Origin: Malacoraja senta | Lineage: Eukaryota | Assembly: GCA_038087875.1 (NCBI GenBank) | Contig: JAXLNO010001895.1 | Location: 62,001-121,645 of the forward strand | Reading direction: 5' to 3' | Length of the DNA: 59,645 bases | In this document: positions 22,745-33,449 of the stretch, in pieces | How the letters are laid out: each line of letters begins with the position of its first letter | Position numbering within the stretch: the first letter of the stretch is position 1 | The notes under the pieces: model-generated | What the model was told of the DNA's origin: nothing | The model's database searches: none | The model's input: only the letters and a program-made list of their open reading frames with translations | Made by a program: the position numbers and the translations under genes

Positions 22745-23190
22745 GATGATAATAATAATCGTTGAAAACATTAGTGCCGTGCTGGTTTCCGATGGGCACG
22801 GTGACGGACGCACCACACATCTCTCCTCCATGCAACTGGCAAGCTCCTCTTTTATCTCTACACATGCGTCTTCCATCAACGTCTTCTGCATCATCTTGAT
22901 TGGCCGTCCTGGGTCAAGTCTTCCATGGGTGGGTTCCCACAGCACAACCTTGTTTGCTGGCATTTCTGGGTGGCGGAGCCAGTGACCTGCGAGCCTCATC
23001 CTTCTCAACGTGATCTTCTCGGTCAGAGGTGGATTCTCCCCATAGAGCTGGGCGTTGGTGATGTGGTCCCTCCATCTGACATTTTGAACTTTTCCGAGCA
23101 TTCGGGTGTAGGTACCATCGAGAGACTAGGACAGTGCTGGAGTGAGAGTCCATGCCTCACACCCGTACAATAATATGGTCTCTACAGTTG
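22745..23190 (-). mobile_element. RTE-clade LINE 3' fragment
   Basis: ORF 22673-23101 VRWRDHITN..LY...RR.RLAGH..RH.E.PA.KVVLWEP.HG...GRP; short (att/atc)n tail. Confidence 0.85.
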
Positions 23191-23359
23191 TACGGAAGGC
23201 CAAATATTCAGGCTGTAGTTCAGTGACAAGTAGAGTTCTGCAGGGATCTGTGCTGTGACCCTTGCTACTTGTGACATATATAAATGACTTGGACCCTGGT
23301 GTTCAGAAATTACCCAGTCATAACAATTAATCAAATAATGATTTTTATTTTTATTTCAG

Positions 23360-23633
23360 ATTATCACTACGTTCAAGGACAGTTTGGTTGTGAGGTGAAC
23401 GATCACAGTCCCACTGTAGGGATATTGAAGTTGGCTTTTGATGGAAGATATGCATTTAGTTTTGATAAGGACAAACTAAAGTGGACGGTGCATGATCCAA
23501 TAGCTGAGCTTCAAAGAGAAATGGGACAAGAATGAAAAAATGAACCGTTATTTCAAGAGCTTGTTAGAACATGACTGTGTGGATCTATGGCTTACATACT
23601 ATGCAATTGGAAAGACATACCTGACCAGAAAAG
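23360..23633 (+). pseudogene. MHC class I alpha2 exon with frameshift near 23509: (N)YHYVQGQFGCEVNDHSPTVGILKLAFDGRYAFSFDKDKLKWTVHDPIAE/FKEKWDKNEKMNRYFKSLLEHDCVDLWLTYYAIGKTYLTRK
   Basis: Acceptor ttatttcag|A and donor G|gtgagt. Both conserved Cys present (GCE, DCV), plus AFDG, KW and GK..L.RK. Length 274 nt is not a multiple of 3; the 5' frame stops at TGA 23533-23535 and the second half is in another frame. Confidence 0.9.
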
Positions 23634-23947
23634 GTGAGTTCAGAACAAAGGATGTTGTTTTGTGATGGTAGGCAATGAGTAATATTTCACTCTGAGGCAA
23701 TGAGTAATATTATCTCTGACCCAATCATGACAGAGGGAAAGGTCATTCGGCCCATTGATTCTATGCTAGTTTTCTATGCAATGTCGACAAACTGTTCCAC
23801 AGCTCTCTCTCACAACTTGCACTCAGCTCCCTCGGATTCTCCTTGCATTCAGCTCTACGACGGATAATTTGCAATGTCCAACTAACTCACCGGCACGTCT
23901 TTGGTATACGGGACAAAACTGGAGCACATGGAGGAAGCCAACTGAGT

Positions 23948-25925
23948 CATAAGGTCATAAGTGATGGGTGCAGCATTAGAACATTCGGCCCATCAAGTCG
24001 ACTTCGCCAGTCAATCATGGCTGATCTATCTCTCCCTCCTAACCCCATTCTCCTGCCTTCTCCCCATAACCCCTGACGTGCATACTAATCAAGAATTAAA
24101 AATATCCATTGACGGACTCCACAGCCTTCTGTGGTAAATAATTCCACAGAATCACCACCCTCTGACAAAATAAATTCCTCCTCATCTCTTTCCTAAAGGA
24201 ATGTCCTTTAATATTGAGACTATGACCTCTCGTCATAGACTCTCCCACCATTGGAGACATCCTCTCCACATCCACATCTATCCAAGCCTTTCACTATTTG
24301 TTTGTTTTTAAAATATTTTTATTAGAAGCATGTGCATATCATACTACAAACATTTCTTATATATCAATCCTACTTAGCTAATAGGTGGGAGTCCAGCTAT
24401 CAAAATAATAGTGGTCCTCCTTTATCAATTGTATATTAAATCTGCTTCTATTTAGTTTTTTTTTATAGATAGAAAGTGAGAAATTAAAAAAAAAAGGCAT
24501 GAAAAAGAAGAATGGAATAATTTACCAATAATACAACTTTGGAGATAGGTCCGTAGGTTATAAAGCATAACTATTCATCTAATCCTGAGCTTGGATTTCA
24601 GTCAGATTCCTATGCTGAACCAATTTACCCTTTCAAAAAATCAATAAATGGAGACCATATTCTATTAAATAATTCATGTTTTTCAATTAAGACAAGTCTA
24701 GTTCTTTCCAAATGTAAGGTCTCCGACATTTCCATAATCCACATTTTAATTGTGGGGGTTATAGGACCTTTCCAAAATTTTAATATTAATTTTTTCCCAA
24801 TTATTATACTATAATCAAGAAAGTTTCTTTGGTTTATTGTAAGTCTTAGGCTTTGTTCTGATATTCCTAATATTATTATGAGTCGGGATCCAATTGGGTA
24901 TTGACTAATTCAGAAATTATTCTGAAAATGTCCGTCCAGAAATTTTTGATTTTTATACAATTTACAAAGGTATGAGTTAAGTTGGCCTCTAAATGCTGGC
25001 ATTTATCACAAATAGGAGAGATATGTGGGAAGATTCTATTTAATTTTGTTTTAGAATAATGTCATCTATGTAATACTTTAAATTGTATTAAGGCATGTCT
25101 GGCATTTAATGAGCATTGATGTATATATTGTAGACTTTCGTCCCAAATATCTTTCGTTATGGGTTGGCCTAATTCATTTTCCCATGTGTGTCTATATAAA
25201 TCCGTCGGCGGGACCTCACTATCTAAGAGGGTATTATAAATATGAGATATTAATTTTTCTGTATTAGGATGTTTATTCAAACATTCATCAAGGATTTCTG
25301 GTTCCCTAGTTCTGTAATCTTGTGTATTTGATTTAATGTAATCTCTAATTTGTAAATATCTAAAAAAGTTATTTGAGTGTGGTCCGTAAATCTGTTGTAA
25401 CCCCTGAAATTACAGAAAAGTGCCTTTCCTATAAAGATGTCCCATCTTTTTAATTCCATAATTTTTCCATTGTGTAAAGCCTTTATCCAACATGGAAGGT
25501 TTGAATAAAGGGTTGTTTATAATGGGGAGACAGTGACAATTATCCAATTTTAAAGTCCTTTTTAATTGTTTCCAAATTCGTATACCACTATATATTATAG
25601 GATTTTCACTATAGGTGTTTTAATGCAATTTTGTGGGAGCAAACATAATCGAACCAATTTCAAAAGGCAAACAGTCTTTCACTATTTTGTATGATTCAAT
25701 GAGGTCCCCCCTTATTCTTCTAAACCCCAGCAAGTACAGGCCCACTGCCATCAAATGGTCATCATATGTTAACCCATTCAATCCTGGGATCATTCTTGTA
25801 CACCTCCTCTGGACCCTCTCCAGAGCCAGCACATCCTTCCTCAGATATGGTGCCCAAAATTGCTCACAATGCTCCAAATGTGGCTTGACCGGCGCCTTAT
25901 AGAACCTCAGCATTACATCCCTGTT
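23948..25925 (-). mobile_element. CR1-type LINE 3' fragment interrupted by L1
   Basis: ORF 25620-26087 KPHLEHCEQFWAPYLRKD.LALE.VQRR.TRMIPG; 3' UTR at ~23950-24290. Confidence 0.88.
24300..25675 (-). mobile_element. Degenerate L1-clade 3' fragment, 12-bp TSD
   Basis: HQCSLNARHALIQFKVLHR homologous to the other L1 copies; TSD ctttcactattt at 24288-24299 and 25676-25687. Confidence 0.85.
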
Positions 25926-27244
25926 TGACAGGGAGAAAGTGTAATTGATGTCTTTCATATTAGTTAACCATGGATTTTCTTGACCACAGTTGACAGCCCC
26001 TAATGGGATTGCATGTCTATCACACGTCTCTATAGAGCACAGCGTTAAGCTTCGAAGGGCAAAATTTACACGAGATGTGCAGGTCAAGTGTTTTTTTGCA
26101 CAGAGAGAGCTTGATACCTAGAATGCGCTACCAGGAGTGGTGGTAGAGGAAGACATGATAATGGTGCTTAAGAAAGTTTTGGACAGGCTCGTGGGTATGC
26201 AGGGAATACAAGGATATGGAACACATGCAGGCAGTGGAGATGAGTTTTGGTTTAGTTTAGAGATAGAGTATGGAAACAGGATCTTTGGGCCACTGAGTCT
26301 GCACTGACCAGCAATTGCCCATTCACTATTTTTGTCCTACAAGCTAGGGACAATTTACAGAAGCCAATTAACCTACAAACCTGCACGTCTTTTGTATTTG
26401 GGAGGAAACCGGAGCCCCCAGAGAAAACCCACAAGGTGACAGAGAGAACGTACAAACTCCGTCCAGACAGCACTCTAGTCAGGATCGAACCCGGGTCTCT
26501 AATGCTGTAAGACAGCCACTCTATCACTGCGCCACTGTTTTGCCTTAGTTTAACTTGGTATCCTGTTCGACATGGACATTGCAGGCTGAAAGTCCTGTTC
26601 TTGTACTGTTCTATGTTCTATATATTCTCATTGGACATGGCAGAGTTTTCCACTCCTCCAGCCTCCATGTTGAATACTTACTCCCAGTTTAAATCTGATT
26701 CAATTAGTCAATCCATTTCTCCCTCCCCTCCTGCCCTGATCCCCATTCTATATTTTGAAATAGTCATTCCCTTTTTCACTCCCTGGTCTGTCTACTATCC
26801 CCACAACTTTCCTCTACTTTCCTGTCTTGGTGCATGCAACATCTATCCATTTACCTCTTCCCTTCCCACTGTCCATAGACCCAGGTAGTTCTTCAAAGTG
26901 AAACAGCGTGAAACACTTGCACTTCCAGTCAAATCTACTGCATATGGTTTTCATGACGTAATCTTCCACATCGCATCAATGAAACAAATTGAATGGCTGC
27001 TTTCTGGAGAACCTGCATTCAATCCATGGGACTTTCTAAGATTCCTAATTCCTGCCACTTTAATTCTCCATTCAACACCCACCATGATCCATCCATCTGT
27101 ACCTCTTACACTAGGATAACAAGGGTGACAGTAACCTTGAGGACCAACAACTCAGCTTCTGTCAGGACATGTTGCAGCCTTTCACACTCCATTCCACATT
27201 CAACGAGTTGTATTCCCTGTCAATAAAAGAACTGGTCATTTCAT

Positions 27245-27725
27245 AAGTTCATGTTCATTTATTGTCACATACACCAATTGGTGTAGTAAAATTCACTGGC
27301 CAGGTCAGTCATACAATTTTAAAAAGCAACAGACTCAAAAACACATTTTGACATAAACATCCATCATAGTGACTCCTACACATTCCTCACTGTGATGGAA
27401 GGCGAAAATAAAGTTCCAAGTCCTTCCCTTGTTGTTCTTCCTTGGTCGGGGGCCTCGAGCCCCCCGTTGAATGGACGGTCTTGAGTCCCGTAGCCGGCGG
27501 CGTTCGGGCCCTCCGCGTCGAGGTGATCAGCTCCCGCATCGGGGGATTGTCAGCTCCCCTGCGCCGGGCGATCGAACCTCGCGTCGGGGCTGGACGAACC
27601 TTCTGTGGCATTGGAGCTCCCGACTAGCCTCTCCCGAGACTGGGAGCCCTTGATGGTAAGTCCGCAGGCAAGGGATCTGCTCCGATTGTAAGTCCACACC
27701 CCGTGGTGGGGCTCACGACAGTCCT
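27245..27725 (-). mobile_element. GC-rich non-coding retroposon with tgacaataaa tail
   Basis: Same architecture as 16001-16478 and 19058-19670. Confidence 0.6.
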
Positions 27726-28541
27726 TTTCAACTGTTAAGTTGAAGTCAGAAAGAACAGATGCAAGAAGTATGAAGAAGGACACCAAGCTGAAACATTACG
27801 TAACCATGTCTTCCAGATGCTGCCTGAGCCACTGAGTTACACCTGCACGTTTTTGTGTTTTTTAATTACAGTTAAGTTATCCAGCTGCAAAATCAGGACA
27901 GCCTGACCTACTTGAGTACTGCAGTATGTGCTGCATTTTATATAACTCTGTTTAGTTTCATGCATGCAGAGATCCAGTGAAATGGTTTGGATGGAACAGC
28001 AGATGCTGGACACCCCGTCCCTTCTCTCCAGAGATGCTGCCTGTCCCGCTGAGTTACTCCATCTTTTTGTGTCTATCTGCAGTGAAATGGTTGTTCTGCA
28101 TTCTCCCCAGTCAAGTCATACTGTACATGTACAATTCGTCCTCTTCTGGAACAGCACGCAGTGATCCACCACATTCCAGGACTATCTTGCAGCTTCCAAG
28201 TCTCTGAGAAGTCTGATTTTGCCCTAAGGAAATACCCAATTTCACATTTTCTCATGTTAAAGCCCAGTGCCATAACAGCACTGAATTGATGAAGTAGAGG
28301 CACGTGCCTCAGTTTAAGTTTTTCTGTTTCAAGATTGTGATCAAACCCTCGTCACTGGAACTGTGTCGCAGTGCCACCCATTACGTATCAGTCCCAATTA
28401 TCTTTCAACATGCTGGAATCACTTGTTTTTTAATCCTTTTTAGACTTTTTTTCATGAATTGTTCTGCATAAACAGTTATGCTACAACAAAGTTAAGCGCA
28501 GCTACCACTTAGTTCCAGAGACGTAACAACACAAGAGATAG

Positions 28542-28654
28542 TGTTGGAAGAATGATCAAACTCACACATAGTGGTTAGAATCCATAGTCTTTTATTAGTA
28601 ACTCTGCAGAGGAAACACAAGGTGCTTTCTTCTCAGCTTGCTTACTACCAGTCT

Positions 28655-28706
<52 letters not shown>

Positions 28707-28755
28707 TCTAATAAGCCTGTGGGCGGAGCCACAGTATGAGTGACACTAATCTACA
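28542..28755 (-). mobile_element. Solo LTR (214 bp) with 5-bp TSD
   Basis: TGT...ACA termini; gatag at 28537-28541 and 28756-28760; AATAAA on minus (28591-28596); GC box gggcggagc at 28721. Confidence 0.75.
28658..28704. repeat. (AG)n microsatellite, ~23 units, inside the solo LTR
   Basis: Direct reading. Confidence 0.98.
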
Positions 28756-30390
28756 GATAGGCACAGGGATAAGTTTCGGTTTATTATTGTCACGTTTAGT
28801 TTCGAGGTACAGCATGAAAATAGGCCTTTTGGCCCACTGAACCTGTGCTGACTAACGACCACCCAAACATTAGTTCTATCCTACACACTAGGGACAATTT
28901 ACAGAAGCCCAAAAACTTACAAACCTGCACGTCTTTGAATGTGACGGAACTGTAGCACCCGGAGATAACTCACATGGTCACAGGGAGAATGTATGAACTC
29001 TATATAGACAGCACCCATTGTCAGGATTGAACTTTGGTCTGTGGTACTGTAAGGCAGCAACTTTCCCTCTGCGCCACTGTGCTGCCCATGTACTGAGGTA
29101 GTGTGTAAAGCTTTGTTTTGCATGCTATCCAATTGGATGAGGTAACAAAATACATATATATGATCATCAAACTCAAGAACTGTAGGTAGAGCAAAGGGGA
29201 AGGTACAGAGTGTGGCATGTAGTTCTCAGCAATGTAGCACAGCAGTTCCATTAGATAAGTGTTTCGACACGAAACGTAACACATTCCTTCTCTCCAGAGA
29301 TGCTGCCTGACCCGTTGAGTTACTCTAGCATTTTGTGTCTATCTGCGGTTTAAACCAGCATCTACAGTTCCTTCCTGCATAGTTCTATAAACAAAGTCCA
29401 CTGTCTGTAATGGGGTAGTGGTCAATTGGACAGTACCGTAGCTTATGGAACGATCATTCAGAAGCCTGATTTTCTCCTCGGTTATCAAGTTTCCGAGTAA
29501 GCCATTTGGTCCTCTAACCTGCCCACCATTCAATATGACCATGGCTGACGTTCCTCAGGCATCAACTCCTGTTCGATGTCAGTTCCTCATTGCACTCAGT
29601 TCTCCAATTTAAGTTTAATTAAGTTAACTACCGCCACATTAAATGCTTCCAATGATTTTGTCTTCACAAATCTCTGGCGCCAGAGAATGACCACACTCTG
29701 CAAAAAGAGATTTTGTAAACAAATGACTGGTCTCTTTTATCTCTTATTGAAGAGGAGTGAAAATACTGCCAATTTTAAGCTTGTCCCCTCCCCAATTGAC
29801 CCTCATTTCGTAACTTGTCAATTATTTATTATTGTCAATAATATGCCCTAGTGAAAAGATTTGCCGTTGGTATTAGTTTATTATTGTCACATGAACTGTG
29901 ATATAGTCAAAAGTTTGTCTGTGTGTTATCCAATCAGATCATACTACACATGTGCAATCAAGCCATCCACAAGTAGAACAGTGCAAAGAGAAAAATTCTC
30001 AGAGTGCAGAATATCGGGTTACAATATCATAGCATTACAGTTACAGAGAAAGTGCAGATCAAAAAGAGTTGCAAGGATCACAATGAGATTGGTTGGAAGA
30101 TCAGGGCAACATCTTATCTTACATGAGAACCATTCAGTAGTCCAATAACAGTGGGGAAGAAGCTGTTCCTGAATTTAATGGTACGTACTTTCAAACTTTC
30201 TTGTGTACTGTCTTAACAGGGAGCGTGCGATCCCTTTTAAACCACGTGGTTGGTTGATGGTGACGAAAGAGGCAAAATGGGGCAGATGTGGACAGTAACT
30301 TGGTTGTTGTAGTGGACTGAAGAATATTTTGTGGTGGGTGACTGTGCAAGTTTTACTGAAGATGAAAATAACCATCTTACTGTCTTGTAG

Positions 30391-30657
30391 TTTCCCCTGA
30401 GGTCACTCTCGCTGCCCGCCCTGATGATCATTCAGTCCTGTACTGCACTGTGTTTGGATTTTACCCACCGGCCATCAATGTCAGCTGGTTGCAGAATGGT
30501 CAACATGTCTCTGAGACAAAATCTTCTGGGGTCACACCCAACAACGATGGAACATATCATCTAAGGTCTGTCCTTGAGTATGATCCGTATGATGGGAAAC
30601 AGTATTCCTGTCATGTCGATCACAGCAGCCTGCCCGGTGGGAAGACCATCATCTGGG
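30391..30657 (+). CDS. MHC class I alpha3 (Ig C1) exon (89 codons): VSPEVTLAARPDDHSVLYCTVFGFYPPAINVSWLQNGQHVSETKSSGVTPNNDGTYHLRSVLEYDPYDGKQYSCHVDHSSLPGGKTIIW
   Basis: Acceptor tgtcttgtag|TT and donor G|gtaag; 267 nt. C1-set motifs L-x-C...GFYP, V-x-W, PN-x-DGTY, Y-x-C-x-V-x-H-x-x-L. Confidence 0.95.
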
Positions 30658-30974
30658 GTAAGAACGTTAAATATTCTTTCATAGATAATCATTATCTTCT
30701 GTTGTTTCCATTTTAATCATCATGAATACATCCCATATTCCAAGATGCTTAAACTTTCTTTGTTTAGTGGTGTTGCTCTAAGTAATCACGTAATCAGCAC
30801 CCACTCTCCACATGAGCAGAAGACTTTGTCAACAGAACATTTATTAAAAGTAAATAAATAACTAATATATAAGGAAGGAGTATTTGAGATTCTCAGTGGT
30901 GGAACTGAAATCTATGAAAGGTATGTTTAAATAAAAAATGAATCTTTCCTCATGATGTGATTAACAGCAAGGCA

Positions 30975-31686
30975 CTGGGGGAGTACATGCCCCAATCCAA
31001 ATCAATGGTCCGAAGTGGAAATGATTGAGAGCTTCATGTTCCTTGGCATGAATTTATCCAATATTCGGTCATGGACTGGCCACATAGCCAAGGAGGCACA
31101 CCGACACCTCTACTTCCTCAGGAGACTGAGAATATTCATCATGTCTCTGGTGACTCTAGCAAACATCTATAGATGCTGCTAGAGAAAGCATGTTGTTGGG
31201 TTGCATCACATCTTGATTTGGGAACTGCACTGCCCAAGACTGCAAGAATATACAAAGAGTTAAAGATCATCACACAGACCAGACTTCCCACTATTGATTC
31301 AGTCTACACCAGGTTGCCTTCGAAAATGAGACTTATCCCACCCCGGTCATTCCTCCTTCCTGCTCCCATCAGGCAATAGGTACAGAAAGTTGAAAGTATA
31401 CACTGCCAGACTCAGGAACACCCCCTTTCCATCTGTTAACAGGCTTCGGAAGGGTCCTTCCATAATGTAGGTTCAATGCCTGATTCACCTCAACCTCATT
31501 GCACATTGTCTATGGAACTGATGCGTTACAATGCTGAGAACTATATTCTGTACTCTGTATCCTCCTCTTTGCTCTATCTATTGTTTTTGAGTTTGTATTT
31601 ATGTATAGTTTTATAATTTGGGTAGCATACAAAACAAACCTTTGCTCTGTATTTTGAAACATCTGGCATTAATAAAACAAAACCTA
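30975..31686 (+). mobile_element. Rex1/Babar-type LINE 3' fragment, degenerate
   Basis: Translates as VEMIESF.FLG.N.S....W..HI...KEAH..LYFLRRL; tail ..gcatacaaaacaaac...aataaa. Confidence 0.65.
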
Positions 31687-33341
31687 ATGAAGTAAGTTCC
31701 CTGACGCAAGTTACAGATTCAGCAACAAAAAATATAACTGCCTGACAAACAGCGATCGTAGTAGTTTGATTCCAAGTATGCTGCACGAACCTACACAAAT
31801 GTTCACTTTTGAAGATTCCCTCGAACAATGCACAAATAAGGAATCTGATGTTTCACTCTGAAGACTGTTGACATACCCCAGAACTTAATTTCCAACCTAT
31901 CTATGTATCATCAGCAATCTAGGCTACAGCGCCATCAGTCCCTTCATCTGCTCTTAATACCAACGATAAGTAGTTCACTTTCTTGCATTGATTCCCAACC
32001 TGCAGTTGCAGTTTCCCAACCTGAACACTCCTTTAAGACAACTCTCTGCTTGCTCTTAATTGTTTTTCCATTCATGCTAATTATTACCCCCAATGTCATA
32101 AGCCATGTGCCTTTGCATCACTTGATCAGATATCTTATGAAAATCCAGATATTCTGGCGACATCTGGTGGTCAGGCCACTTATTGCTAGAACCCTCGTCA
32201 GGGGAGCTGGGACTATCACGTGAGTGACAGGGTTTTGGTGGGAGTTGGTGATGAGTTAATCGCCAGTCAACTGGTGTGCCCGATTACAATGGCAGGAACT
32301 TTGCTCAAGTCCTTACTAAACGCGAGTGGGCCAAAACTGTATTTCTTTAAAAACATTGATTTGTTCATGACGTTTGGATCTCTACAATATATTGTATTTC
32401 TTTTGTTTCTCATTTGAATTTTGTTACCTATTCTGCTTTTCCATCATTTTGTTTATGAATTTTAGGCTTTTCACACCTGCTGCTCGAATATACATTGTCT
32501 ACGGGTTCCTGTTGCATTTTCAAAGAATTCTAATCAATTTCTCAAACAAAGTTTGAAGAAGGGTCCCAAAATGAAACGTCACCTGTCCATGAGTAAGAAG
32601 AAACTGCAAATGCTGGTTTACACCGAAGATGGACACAAATTGCTTGAATAACTCAGCTGGTCAGCCAGCATCTCTGGAGAAAAGGAATAGGTGATGAATC
32701 CATGTTCGCCAGAGATGCTGCCTGTTCCCTTGAGTTACTCCAGCATTTTGTGTCTATCATGTATATTCTTTCCACTGACTGGTTAGCACGTAACAAAAGC
32801 TTTTCACTGTACCTCAATACATGTGACAATAAACTAAACTAAAGCTTTTGTGTAAATCAGTATCTGCATCTCTTTCTTTCTACAATTTTCCTGTTAATGC
32901 CCTGATAATGCACTTTATTGTTTTGTTATTACTTAAATGTTCTGCCATTATTGAAAGGAATCCAGCATTTTCCCCAAAACAAATGTTAGTTTATATAGGG
33001 TTAAAGCTTTCTGCTTTCAATTCACCTTCTTTCTTGAATTAAGTTGTGGCTGTGATGGTGCCATAGATCATAGAGTTGTACAGAACAGATATTGTCCCTT
33101 TGCCATGCTGCAGAACTCCGTGATTCAAAACACCATATCATCTTATATACCTTGAAAAGCGCCAAATATAGACACAAAATGCTGGAGTAACTCAGCGGTC
33201 AGGTAACATCTCTGGAGAAAAGGAATAGGTGGCATTTCGGGTCGAGACCCTTCTTCACCCTGAAGTCTTCAGACAGTGCCCATCTATTTAGCTGCACAGC
33301 TTAACAATTGATTTGTAAAATTATGCATTCTTATTTTTCAG

Positions 33342-33449
33342 AAGGAAATAGGAAGAAAGACAGGCACATAGGCCTTATTGCCGTGTGTGTGCTGATATTT
33401 CTGGCTATTGTCTTGGCAGTAATTGTTTGGTGGAGAAAAAAGAGGAGAG
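33342..33449 (+). CDS. Connecting peptide/transmembrane exon (36 codons): EGNRKKDRHIGLIAVCVLIFLAIVLAVIVWWRKKRR
   Basis: Acceptor ttatttttcag|AA and donor G|gtaag; 108 nt, phase 1-1. About 21-residue hydrophobic stretch followed by a basic stop-transfer (RKKRR). Confidence 0.88.

Noticed and set aside
33342-33370. Basic stalk GNRKKDRH as a furin shedding site
   Set aside because: Does not match R-X-(K/R)-R or R-X-X-R; only noted as unusually basic.
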